Shown: piece after piece, positions 1 to 8,828 of the stretch
Position numbering within the stretch: the first letter of the stretch is position 1
How the letters are laid out: the number at the start of each line of letters is the position of its first letter
Assembly: GCA_964558875.1 (NCBI GenBank)
Contig: CAZLGM010000001.1
Location: 5,447 to 69,446, forward strand
DNA length: 64,000 bases
Direction: 5' to 3'
Origin: an uncultured Desulfocapsaceae bacterium
GTDB lineage: Bacteria > Desulfobacterota > Desulfobulbia > Desulfobulbales > Desulfocapsaceae
Program-made: the position numbers and the translations under genes
Notes under the pieces: generated by a model
Told to the model about the DNA's origin: nothing
The model's input: only the letters and a program-made list of their open reading frames with translations
The model's database searches: none

Positions 1-960
1 TTCTTTGTGGGCAAACTCATTCTTGAACCAGTTGACCATCCAGTAGCCACGATAAATTTGAACTTCCGGATTAAAGTGACCCGGTATGGTTGCCGGATAG
101 GCAGGCATGAATCGTATGGGTTCAAAATAGGATGGCGATGTCGTCTGAATGGTAGCGGCAGTACCGAAACTGAGATTGGCCTGATTGCTGTCGGTGACAC
201 CCATGCCGATGGTTTCGCATCCCTTGTCGGAACCGCAGGCAATGACGGGTGTTCCTTCCTTCAGGCCTGTGAGCTTGGCAGCCTGTTTGCTGATGTTGCC
301 GATTGGGCTGGCCGGAGGAACGATGGCCACCAATTTCTCCGGTTCGACGGGGAAAAGTTTGGCTGATAGATTCCACGGTTTTGCCCAGCGTTGTTTTTTG
401 TAATGAAAGGGGATATGGCCGATCTGGGAGCTCACAGAATCCTTGAATTGACCGGTAAACCTGAAGTTAAGAAACCCTGAGAGCTGCAGGTATTTGTGGG
501 TTTTCTGCCAAGTCTCCGGTTGGAATTGCCGGATCCAGTTGCATTTGGCTTCCCGTTGAACAATGGAGACGGCCTCGTTCATACCGGTGATCAGATGACC
601 GATATGAATAAGAATTGAAGGCTTGTAGACCGGAGCAGCCTTACGCTGGTCGAGCCAGCAGATGACAGGTCTCAACGGACGACCATCTTCATCCACGTTC
701 ATCATGGAGTTTCGTACCGAGGTTACCCCTACTCCCTCAATAGCATTGAACCAGTCCGGGTGCTGGTCCTTCAGTGTTTGGCAGCCCCGGCACAGGCTGT
801 TCCAGTACAGTTCTCCATCCTGCTCGGCCCAGCCTTCGCGTTTGCTGAAATACGGCTCGTAAAACTGCTGGTCTTTGGCAAGAAGTCTGCCACTGCTTGA
901 GAACAGCATGCACCGCAGGCTCTGGGTACCACAGTCAATCGCTAGAAGAACGTTATTCAT
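1..960 (-). CDS. FGGY-family carbohydrate kinase (xylulokinase/glycerol-kinase-like); 3' end lies beyond the window edge
   Basis: My own minus-strand translation from ATG at 958-960 gives MNNVLLAIDCGTQSLRCMLFSSSGRLLAKDQQFYEPYFSKREGWAEQDGELYW...DGRPLRPVICWLDQRKA. It contains the FGGY motifs DxGTQSxR and W-x-D-x-R. I translated 601-960 and found no stop; the rest was not translated and is assumed to stay open to position 1. It is absent from the ORF track because no stop lies in the window. Confidence 0.8.
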   Translation of the reverse strand, partial: MNNVLLAIDCGTQSLRCMLFSSSGRLLAKDQQFYEPYFSKREGWAEQDGELYWNSLCRGCQTLKDQHPDWFNAIEGVGVTSVRNSMMNVDEDGRPLRPVICWLDQRKAAPVYKPSILIHIGHLITGMNEAVSIVQREAKCNWIRQFQPETWQKTHKYLQLSGFLNFRFTGQFKDSVSSQIGHIPFHYKKQRWAKPWNLSAKLFPVEPEKLVAIVPPASPIGNISKQAAKLTGLKEGTPVIACGSDKGCETIGMGVTDSNQANLSFGTAATIQTTSPSYFEPIRFMPAYPATIPGHFNPEVQIYRGYWMVNWFKNEFAHKE

Positions 961-1121
961 GGAGCCAGATTAAATTGAATGGATGCTGAATGCAATGGTT
1001 GATATATCATTGGAATATTGACTGGATAGAGAATAAAAAGAGAAGTATAAAAGATTGTGATTACTACTGAGTTTCAGTGGTAATTACATAAAGACAGGTG
1101 GAAACTTGATTGATGTGGTGC

Positions 1122-1137
1122 TGGCAAAGTACTTGCA
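1122..1137 (+). promoter_or_regulatory. sigma-54 (-24/-12) promoter upstream of the Roadblock/LC7 gene
   Basis: TGGCAA-agtac-TTGCA has the canonical GG-N10-GC spacing of TGGCAC-N5-TTGCW. It lies about 77 nt upstream of ATG 1214. An NtrC-type activator gene is nearby at 3838-5160. Confidence 0.6.
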
Positions 1138-1213
1138 AGGCTATAAAGGAAACGATGATCTATACGAGCATTGACAAAAGGTTAAATTAAAATCAGAGAG
1201 CAAACAGATCTGT

Positions 1214-1621
1214 ATGATAAATGATATTGAAAAGACACTGGCCAAGATGGCTGACGAAATACCGGGTGTACTCACTGTTGCTTTGGTTACTGTGAATGAT
1301 GGGTTGGCTATTGCCGAAGTAAGTCGTCAAGAGGGGTTCGATTCGGCAGAGGCATCGGCATATCTTGCTTCGATTGTAAAATCCAATACTAACGCCATCA
1401 AATTACTGGCGGGTGATCAGGTGACGGAAGATATTCTGGTAACCACAAAGGATTATTTTTTTATTATTCGACAATTGCCCGGTTATCCGTTTTTCATTTT
1501 TATCATGACAACCAGAGACTCGTGGTTGGGCAAGGCTCGGGTTGTCATGAAAGAGCAAGATGACCATTTTCAGAGGTTTGCTAAATTCCTGGCTGAAAAC
1601 TATCTTGATAATATCGACTGA
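1214..1621 (+). CDS. Roadblock/LC7 (MglB-like) domain protein
   Basis: A 135-aa ORF. The pattern IPGVLTVALVTVNDGLAIAEV...ASAYLASIV is typical of Roadblock/LC7 domains. It resembles the C-terminal domain of the neighbouring response regulator. Confidence 0.65.
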   Translation: MINDIEKTLAKMADEIPGVLTVALVTVNDGLAIAEVSRQEGFDSAEASAYLASIVKSNTNAIKLLAGDQVTEDILVTTKDYFFIIRQLPGYPFFIFIMTTRDSWLGKARVVMKEQDDHFQRFAKFLAENYLDNID

Positions 1622-1678
1622 GCCTCTGTCTGGTAAATCAGACAAAGATGCAGGGAAGTAACAGTAAGGTCTGTATAT

Positions 1679-2299
1679 TTATTCGTCCTCTATTTTCAGG
1701 TGATAGCAACACATGTTGCTCTCAAGTATTTCTTCAACCTTTTGCGGATCAACATTGTTGAGTTCAATCCATTTGTTGGCAAAACCTTTAGAGCCTGCAG
1801 CCGATTTACAACCAAGCTGTGATATGGAAATCTTCTTGCCGGATATCTTAATTCTATCTGCCAGTGCGGAGCGCAAAGGTTGATGTACAGAGCAGAATGG
1901 GCTCACACCGGCGCCTTCGCCTACTTTGTACTGGGTTGTAATGTTACTGCTTTTATTAAATTCCTTAGTGAAAGCACCATATCCCTCCGGCATATCCTTG
2001 AAAACCTCTTTGTAATTATTAATCGAGGTTTCAAAGGGACATTTTTCAAGACCAAAAACCATTTCTCCACAATGGGTTGATTTACCTTCGATCTGGGTGA
2101 TTGGATTTGTCTCATTGTCAATGGCCTCAACATACTCTTCAAAAGATGCGTATTCGACCTCTTCGGTCTTCTCTGCGGTCGCCAGAGCATTACGGACCAT
2201 GATTCCTTTTGCGCTGGCTGCCCCACTGAGTTTGATTAATGTTTTGATCATATCGAGAAAGCTGATATGAGCTATATCGAGAATCTTGTTTTTTTTCAT
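1679..2299 (-). CDS. hypothetical Cys-rich protein (possibly a V4R-like small-molecule-binding domain; tentative)
   Basis: A 206-aa ORF with conserved-looking Cys positions (HCGE...EKCPFE...PFCSVH...LGCK...MCCYH). It sits between two Roadblock-domain genes. I recognised no confident family. Confidence 0.5.
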   Translation of the reverse strand: MKKNKILDIAHISFLDMIKTLIKLSGAASAKGIMVRNALATAEKTEEVEYASFEEYVEAIDNETNPITQIEGKSTHCGEMVFGLEKCPFETSINNYKEVFKDMPEGYGAFTKEFNKSSNITTQYKVGEGAGVSPFCSVHQPLRSALADRIKISGKKISISQLGCKSAAGSKGFANKWIELNNVDPQKVEEILESNMCCYHLKIEDE

Positions 2300-2375
2300 T
2301 GGTAACTCCTGGTCGGGAAGTTGAGAGTGAAGTCAATTGTTTGTATGGAGCGGGTGATTTTTCACCAGATCACCC

Positions 2376-3527
2376 TTATATGGAAACGTTTTGTTCAATC
2401 GTTTTTGAGTTCTTTTTAATGGATAACCGGATCCAGCCTAAATTGGTTTCTTTATCGGCAACAATGACGAGGAATGCCTCCTCTCCAACAGGTGCAAACA
2501 TAACAAGCCCATTCTGGTATTCGATCATGGTCATTGTTAAGCTGCCTTGACCCAGTTGCTCTCCCATAGAGTCGGCTGAACCGAATCCGCTTGAAGCGAT
2601 TGCCCCGATCATTTCAGCATCAACGCCCTGTCTGGAAATAGCATCGAGTATAAAGCCGTCTCTTCCCACCAGACATGCAGTATGTACACCTTCAATATTA
2701 GTGAACTCAGTCAGGATCCCCTCTATCTTATTCATCTCTTCTTCCCCTTCATCGCTTGATTGATTTGAATGTATGCTGCTGTTCCCAGTTGTTTCCCTGT
2801 TTTCATCTTCCAGGGTGTTATCACTTTTGGCGTTGTCTACAATAACGGCTCCTTCAAGTATGAGCGCCTCGGTCGATTTGTTGATACTGACCATGGGAGG
2901 TTCAACGTTTCTCATGTTCTTTATTGTTCCTCCTTGAAGTGCCAGAATTTTATAAAAAGCCTCCTCACCCGTAAATTGCTCGAACATGGCATGGTTGATT
3001 GAACCATGATCAAAGAAAATGATGCCCTCACTCCCATTTGCAGTTACCCTCAAGGCTGCATTGGCTTTTGAAAGGCTGTTAAACTGGATAATATCAAGCA
3101 ATTCAATGCCGTCTATTGTGCCTTGGAAGGAGGAATCTTTGCCAAGAAATTCGGCTACATATCCTCGTAATACATTTATATCAAACGGCTTTTCGATAAA
3201 GCGCAGACTGCCGTTCATCACGGCTTTATCTTTATAGCCACTTGATGGATAGGCTGTCATGATCATGACGCCAATTGAAGGATAGCGGTTACTGATTTCG
3301 ATCAGGAGGTCGAGCCCGTTGATACCCGGCATATTGATATCGGTGATAACCAGTACAACAGGTTTTTTTGCCAGGATTTCCAGAGCTTCCTCACCGGATT
3401 TCGCTGAGAGGATCTCAATGTTCTCCATGCCCTTGTTCAGCTTCTTCTGCAGCATCCAGAGCATGTCCTCTTCGTCATCCACGACAAGTATTTTCTTGGT
3501 CATGGATGTCTCTTTGTCTCTGTCCAT
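2376..3527 (-). CDS. response regulator: REC + DUF4388-like + Roadblock/LC7 domains
   Basis: The receiver domain reads KILVVDDEEDM...VITDINMPGINGLDL...IMTAY. The middle FQGTIDGIELLDIIQFNSLSKANAALRV resembles DUF4388. The C-terminal IEGVHTACLVGRDGFILDAIS...GLVMFAPVGEEAFLVIVADKETNLGWIRL is Roadblock/LC7-like. Confidence 0.8.
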   Translation of the reverse strand: MDRDKETSMTKKILVVDDEEDMLWMLQKKLNKGMENIEILSAKSGEEALEILAKKPVVLVITDINMPGINGLDLLIEISNRYPSIGVMIMTAYPSSGYKDKAVMNGSLRFIEKPFDINVLRGYVAEFLGKDSSFQGTIDGIELLDIIQFNSLSKANAALRVTANGSEGIIFFDHGSINHAMFEQFTGEEAFYKILALQGGTIKNMRNVEPPMVSINKSTEALILEGAVIVDNAKSDNTLEDENRETTGNSSIHSNQSSDEGEEEMNKIEGILTEFTNIEGVHTACLVGRDGFILDAISRQGVDAEMIGAIASSGFGSADSMGEQLGQGSLTMTMIEYQNGLVMFAPVGEEAFLVIVADKETNLGWIRLSIKKNSKTIEQNVSI

Positions 3528-3590
3528 AGGATATTCCTCTTCAAATGATAAACATAAGGTTATTTAAAGGAAAAATGGTAATTGCTTAAT

Positions 3591-3606
3591 TGCAAAACCT
3601 ATGCCG
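3591..3606 (-). promoter_or_regulatory. sigma-54 (-24/-12) promoter for the REC-DUF4388-Roadblock gene
   Basis: The minus strand reads cGGCAT-aggtt-TTGCA with the correct GG-N10-GC spacing. It lies about 64 nt upstream of the start at 3527. Confidence 0.5.
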
Positions 3607-3819
3607 TAATACGAAAGAAGAGCTGATTTACTGTCAAACATCCTCACTCATCCTTTGCTTGCGGTATCTGAGTCTGCACCCACCTGTTTGACAGGAAATA
3701 TCGGAAACCTGGCAGGTTGAATTGTGGCAAGATTTGGTTAGTATTTTTCTGGCTGAGTTTAGGATAAACCAGAAAGGAATAGTAACAAGAGGTCGTTTAA
3801 ACGAGAAAAGGGGTGTGAA

Positions 3820-3841
3820 CAAAAACTGACCACCCGGTCAG
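3820..3841 (-). terminator. putative intrinsic terminator after the NtrC-family gene
   Basis: The minus strand reads CTGACC-gggt-GGTCAG followed by TTTTTGTT. The hairpin overlaps the TGA stop codon at 3838-3840. Confidence 0.5.
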
Positions 3842-5160
3842 AATTTGATCGATTTGAGTTTTTCTCGTAACGTTGTCCGCGATATTCCCAGAAGCCTGGC
3901 GGTCTTGGACTTATTGTTATCATTTTTGCGCAATATTTCTTCAATATAGCGTCTTTCCATCTCCTTTAAAGAGACGATCCTATCAGTACCCGTCAGGGTA
4001 CTCTGCAAATCGGGTTGAAGAGAATTGAGCGTAATCCACGCTGAATTACTGAAAATGACTTCTCGTTCAATGAGGTTCTTTAATTCTCTGATATTGCCCT
4101 GCCACTTATGAGAGAGCATGGAATCCAAAGCATTTCCGGTAAAGCCTTTTATTTCTTTTCGCAGTTCTTTTTTAAATCGATGGAGGAAGAAATTTGCCAA
4201 CAGATGGATATCTTCTCTCCTTTCCCTGAGTGGGGGGAGGTGTATAGGAATGACATTCAGCCGGTAATAAAGGTCTCTTCTGAACGTGCCTTGCTGGATC
4301 TCCTTTTTCAGGTCGCAGTTTGTCGCGGCGATGATGCGAACCTGAACGGTGATATCTTTCAACCCCCCCACCTTTCTGAAGGTGGAATCCTCGATAAGGC
4401 GCAGCAGTTTCGGCTGCAGGAATATGGGGAGGTTTCCGATTTCATCAAGAAATAAGGTCCCGCCGTTGGCCATTTCCACCAGCCCTTTCTTTTGAGAACG
4501 GGCATCGGTGAAGGCGCCTTTGTCATAGCCAAAGAGTTCGGATTCTATAAGATTTTCAGAGAGGGTGCCGCAGTCGACTTTGACAAAAAGACCATCTTTG
4601 CTCTTCTCCTGGTTTTGCGCATGAATGGCCCGGGCGACAAGCTCTTTTCCGGTACCGGTCTCACCGGTGATTAAAACAGAAGCATTTGTTTCTGCAGCCT
4701 TGCAGATGGCCTCCTGGACCGGTCTCATTACTTCCGAGGAACAGATAAAAGAGTTCTCCTGGTCACCCTGCCTGGAGAGACGAGCTTCTTTTTGCATCAG
4801 GCGGGACTGCATTATCCGATTGAGACAAGAGGTAAACTCAACGATATCAAAGGGTTTGACGATGTAGTCAAGCGCGCCTTCCTTTAAGGACTCCACAGCG
4901 CTCTGGGCATCATCAAATCCGGTAATCATTACGATATCTATTTCCGGTTCTATTTTTTTTATGGCCGGAATCAACTGTATACCATCTATATCAGGAAGGC
5001 CGATATCTAAAAAGATAAGATCGATAACATGGCTTTTAAGGGTATCAAGACACGCATTTCCCGTAGAAGCCGTATGGACTTCAAACCCTTCTTTACGGAT
5101 TGTTTTTGTGAGGCCAAGCCGTAAATCCTCATTGTCATCTACTATCAGTACGGTTCCCAT
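3838..5160 (-). CDS. sigma-54-dependent response regulator (NtrC family: REC + AAA+ + Fis-type HTH)
   Basis: The receiver reads VLIVDDNEDL...DIGLPDIDG. Walker A is GETGTGKELVARAIH and the sigma-54 contact loop is ESELFGYDKGAFTDA. RRDLYYRL is present, and the C-terminal HTH reads NKSKTARLLGISRTTLREKLK. Confidence 0.92.
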   Translation of the reverse strand: MGTVLIVDDNEDLRLGLTKTIRKEGFEVHTASTGNACLDTLKSHVIDLIFLDIGLPDIDGIQLIPAIKKIEPEIDIVMITGFDDAQSAVESLKEGALDYIVKPFDIVEFTSCLNRIMQSRLMQKEARLSRQGDQENSFICSSEVMRPVQEAICKAAETNASVLITGETGTGKELVARAIHAQNQEKSKDGLFVKVDCGTLSENLIESELFGYDKGAFTDARSQKKGLVEMANGGTLFLDEIGNLPIFLQPKLLRLIEDSTFRKVGGLKDITVQVRIIAATNCDLKKEIQQGTFRRDLYYRLNVIPIHLPPLRERREDIHLLANFFLHRFKKELRKEIKGFTGNALDSMLSHKWQGNIRELKNLIEREVIFSNSAWITLNSLQPDLQSTLTGTDRIVSLKEMERRYIEEILRKNDNNKSKTARLLGISRTTLREKLKSIKF

Positions 5161-5193
5161 TTTTTCTTTGTCTTAAGTAGTTGTTGTTAAGCT

Positions 5194-7374
5194 CTAGGCC
5201 GATGGCAGGGGATTCCCCGATTGGCCATCAGAGAGAATTTCGAAAAACATGGTAACTGTCGTTCCAATATTTTTTGTGCTGTGTGTCAGAATGACAGCTT
5301 TATTCTCTTTTAAAGTCCGATAGACGATGGAGAGCCCCAATCCTGTGCCGGTTGCTTTGGTTGTGTAAAAAGGTTCAAATGCCTTTTCTGAAATTTCAGA
5401 GGACATACCGCAGCCGTCATCGGAAAAGCTAACTTGAAGATATTGTGATTCTTGAGGAATCCCCGGATGCTTTCGTAAATAGCCATCGAGCATTTGTCTG
5501 TTTGGAGGCCCAATCTCAATTCGAATAGTGCCGTTTCTTTTTATGGCATCAATGGAGTTGAGAAAAAGATTGAGAAAGACCTGTTGGATCTGGTTCGGAT
5601 CGACCATGATGATATCTTCTGTTTTTGGAATTTTTTCAACAAGCATGATGTTCTTTTTGGTCATCTTGCTGGCAATCAACGGTTTGATTTCTGAAAGAAC
5701 AGCATTGATTGAGGTCGGCTTCCTCTTTGGTTCCGATGGTCTCGCGTATGAGAAAAATTCTGATAACAGTATGTTTAACCTGTCAACCTGATTCACAATT
5801 CTCTGAGAGCACTCGATTTGTTCTTCCACATCATCGGTTTGCTCCAGGATCGATTGGGCCATTATTTTGATGCCTGCCAGTGGATTTCTAACTTCATGGG
5901 CAACAGCAGAGGCAATTTCAGCTACTGTTGACAGGCGGTTCATCTTTTCCATTTCTTTTCGTACATAAGTCAACTCGGTGATATCGCTGAAAGAAAGAAT
6001 AAAACCAACTTGCATGCCGGAACTGTCTTCCCGCGGCACTATGGAAAAACTCAATATTTTTTCCACACCATCTTCGGTTACCAACGTGACCTTCTGTTGG
6101 TTGATATCCGTTTTGATAGGCTTGTAACTTCCGGCGGAAATAATGCGCTCAGCAGCCTGTATGCCAAAAACATCATCAAGGCTTTTGTTGTCAAGCGAGG
6201 AGCTGAAAGGCCTGAGGAGTTTTTTGGCCATGCTGTTGCTTTTCAGGATGATAAAGTCCATATCGGCAACAATCAATCCGTGATTGAGCCCTTGAATAAC
6301 AGATTCTGAGAATTTCTTTTCATCATCCAGGGCCATAATGGTCAATTGCAGATCAGCAATGGAGTCCATCAGCTGTTGATTGACCTTATGGTGGTCGATG
6401 ATTCCGGCAATAATATTGGCAATAGCCTTGAGCAGTTCCGTCTCTCTTTTTTCGCTGTGGTGTCCGTCCTCCACGTAAAGACAGATAACTCCCAGCAAAA
6501 CAGAATGTTTAATAATGGGAACGCAGTAGTGCCCATGCGGTTCCATATTCTCAAATGTAATTTCATGGTGTTCATCGATACAGTCGACGAACTGAAGCTC
6601 ACTTGTCTTTGCTGCACGGCCGCAGTGGCAGGTACCGAAAGCAACCTCTTTACAACTTATTTTTTGTTCAGAGGAAAAGCCTCTTTCAACAATCAGCTCA
6701 AGGGTTGTCGAGTCTTTGTCTGCCAGCAGTATTCCAGCTTTTGGGAGGAGTTGAAGGGTCTTGATATCGAGAATATAATCAAGAACATGCCCAAGTATTG
6801 TTGTGAGGTTATATGGTTCAAGGGATAATTTTAAAATATTATTGATAATATTTTGGGTGTGATGAGCATTTTGAAGGGTCTTTGTTGAACCATCATGACC
6901 GTCAATGTCGGATATCAATATCGTGAGCAGTTTATCAGAAACCGGGATAACGATCAGTTCAATGTTAAGGCAATTGCCATCCCGGTGATGGGTTGTCGCA
7001 CAGACAGGCGTCGTCTCGCCGTCGGAACCATCGTTTTCTGCAATCAACCGGTTGAAGGAGAGTTCTGAACTATCATCGATGGATTGAAGAGGAATGATCT
7101 CAGTCAGGCAGCTGCCAATGGCTGTTTCTCCCTGGTATCCGAAAAAGGCCTCAGCAGTCTTGCTCCACTGAATGATTGTTTCATTCATATCGCAATGAAT
7201 AATGGCAAAGGACTCCTTTCGGATGCAGTGAGCCATAATAGCTTCTTCCTGAAGAAAAGATTTCATTGGCCATCGCTGGGAATTGAGAAGTTGGGATGGC
7301 AATTTTAAAATGGTGAAAGAAATCCTCTTTGCTGTTATAGGTGCAAAAGCAAGAGACCCTACTTTGTGGTGCAA
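5194..7374 (-). CDS. multi-sensor histidine kinase (PAS, GAF, PAS, HisKA, HATPase_c)
   Basis: The H-box is AHEVRNPLAGIK. The ATPase N/G boxes are LNLFLNSIDAI and DDGCGM...FEPFYTTK..GTGLGLSIV. A GAF-like Cys-rich block reads CHCGRAA...HYCVPI. The true start may be an internal Met (for example near 7266). It lies 34 nt upstream of the NtrC gene. Confidence 0.88.
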   Translation of the reverse strand: MHHKVGSLAFAPITAKRISFTILKLPSQLLNSQRWPMKSFLQEEAIMAHCIRKESFAIIHCDMNETIIQWSKTAEAFFGYQGETAIGSCLTEIIPLQSIDDSSELSFNRLIAENDGSDGETTPVCATTHHRDGNCLNIELIVIPVSDKLLTILISDIDGHDGSTKTLQNAHHTQNIINNILKLSLEPYNLTTILGHVLDYILDIKTLQLLPKAGILLADKDSTTLELIVERGFSSEQKISCKEVAFGTCHCGRAAKTSELQFVDCIDEHHEITFENMEPHGHYCVPIIKHSVLLGVICLYVEDGHHSEKRETELLKAIANIIAGIIDHHKVNQQLMDSIADLQLTIMALDDEKKFSESVIQGLNHGLIVADMDFIILKSNSMAKKLLRPFSSSLDNKSLDDVFGIQAAERIISAGSYKPIKTDINQQKVTLVTEDGVEKILSFSIVPREDSSGMQVGFILSFSDITELTYVRKEMEKMNRLSTVAEIASAVAHEVRNPLAGIKIMAQSILEQTDDVEEQIECSQRIVNQVDRLNILLSEFFSYARPSEPKRKPTSINAVLSEIKPLIASKMTKKNIMLVEKIPKTEDIIMVDPNQIQQVFLNLFLNSIDAIKRNGTIRIEIGPPNRQMLDGYLRKHPGIPQESQYLQVSFSDDGCGMSSEISEKAFEPFYTTKATGTGLGLSIVYRTLKENKAVILTHSTKNIGTTVTMFFEILSDGQSGNPLPSA

Positions 7375-7483
7375 GGTCGTTTATAGTACCCGGTTTTTTA
7401 TCCTCTTGTCAAATTGCGATATCTTGCTGAAGAAACAATATTTTTTTACTGCTTACAGGTTCTGTTGAAGGACCGGAGAGTTT

Positions 7484-8191
7484 TCAGGAGTTAGGGCGGG
7501 AAGTTGTTAATTCGTAAATGATTGTTTTCATATCTCCTGGTTGAAATCCGAGGTTATAGGCAACTTCACTATAACTGAGTCCCTGTTTGAGGATTAAATC
7601 AACCAGTTGTTTGACATCAATAGAGCTTTTGGCCGACAATGTGAAAAGAAGAGTGATCTCTTTACTGTTCAGGTTGGATTGGCGAAGATGAGTAAGTGTT
7701 TTTTGGTCTGTTGAGAAAAAATTACTTAACAGACGGTCTGTGACTCGCTTTGCTCCCTCTTCTATACTGATTCCGGTTACAATTTGAGAGAGGATCGTAT
7801 CATGTTTTACTGCAGCTGCGATTTTGGGCTGGATCAGAATTGTTTTCCAGTCACGCCCCCGACTTCGCTGGTCAAGTAATACGTTGAGATCTTCTGCTGC
7901 CAGCGAAGCCGTATACAGGCCAAGCAGTAAATCATCAGCCAATACTCCACCCTGCATTTTCATCATGACGATGTTTCTTTTGTGAATATTAAAAGTTGTG
8001 CTGAGGAAGGAATTGGTTGTTGTTGTTAAAATATAGCCATCCGATGAAAATTTTTTTGACGGGTTGTAGACGCGATTATTAAAACAGTGGCAGTTTTTTG
8101 TTGGATTTGCTGCCATAGCCGGTTGACTCAGGATGCCGAGCAGGAATAAAACAAGAAGAAAGCCGGTTTGAAATTGAGAAAACAAAGACAT
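7484..8191 (-). CDS. hypothetical secreted/periplasmic protein
   Basis: Starting at the Met at 8191 gives a signal peptide, MSLFSQFQTGFLLVLFLLGILSQPAMA/ANP. I recognised no family. Confidence 0.55.
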   Translation of the reverse strand: MSLFSQFQTGFLLVLFLLGILSQPAMAANPTKNCHCFNNRVYNPSKKFSSDGYILTTTTNSFLSTTFNIHKRNIVMMKMQGGVLADDLLLGLYTASLAAEDLNVLLDQRSRGRDWKTILIQPKIAAAVKHDTILSQIVTGISIEEGAKRVTDRLLSNFFSTDQKTLTHLRQSNLNSKEITLLFTLSAKSSIDVKQLVDLILKQGLSYSEVAYNLGFQPGDMKTIIYELTTSRPNS

Positions 8192-8287
8192 AATTTGATC
8201 CGTTTGTTTTTTATTTATTGATTCCGTCGGTAGACGATATTTACACCAAGGCTGTGATGACAAGTAAAATCTATCATAGAGCAATGG

Positions 8288-8509
8288 GTGTTGATTTATG
8301 GAGACTACATTTTGAGCGATGAGCCGCGCAACTATTGTCGAGGCTGCAACCGGATGATCGAGAAAGATCTGGCTTCATGCCCGCATTGCGGCGAACTCTT
8401 CCAATCACCGGGTCTGCTAAGCCGGTTTTTCTTTGCTATTTGTCATCCCGTTGTTGCCATTATACTTGCGGCAGGTATCATCGGTCTCGGTGTATTGCTG
8501 ATACTTTGA
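8288..8509 (+). CDS. small zinc-ribbon membrane protein (hypothetical)
   Basis: CRGC-x12-CPHC zinc-ribbon spacing is followed by one hydrophobic helix (VVAIILAAGIIGLGVLLIL). It has a GTG start and no strong RBS. Confidence 0.35.
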   Translation: MLIYGDYILSDEPRNYCRGCNRMIEKDLASCPHCGELFQSPGLLSRFFFAICHPVVAIILAAGIIGLGVLLIL

Positions 8510-8828
8510 TTATAACTTGAGGTCTTTTTCTTCATTCCTGATCGTGACCACCAGATTTAAAGTCTGTTTGAGGCCGATGGTCGAAATGAAACATGTCTGC
8601 AGAAAGCGATCAAGCTCTTTCTCTAACGTGTATCACTCCAGAGAGTGGTTAAATGAAGCTGGTTAAAATGGACCCTTTAACAGGAAAAAGCGCCCTATCA
8701 GTTTAAAGGTGTTGAAATTAGTTGGGAGAATACGGTATTGATATAATAGCCAGAAATTTTTATGGAATTACATATTGATTGTTGTTTCCCCAGCTAGCGG
8801 ATCAGGGATGGGTCTGTGTAAGTGTTAG

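Noticed and set aside
7-862. Plus-strand ORFs 7-366, 185-403 and 662-862, and minus-strand ORF 122-376
   Set aside because: They overlap the minus-strand FGGY kinase frame, which has clear family motifs. Their products have odd composition (Cys/Arg/Gly-rich).
8700-8760. A sigma-70 promoter (TATAAT at about 8741) upstream of the bactofilin-AAA gene, and TTGACA at about 47592 upstream of the kinase
   Set aside because: The -35/-10 spacings I could construct (14, 24 or 13 nt) are non-canonical. The evidence is not good enough to annotate.
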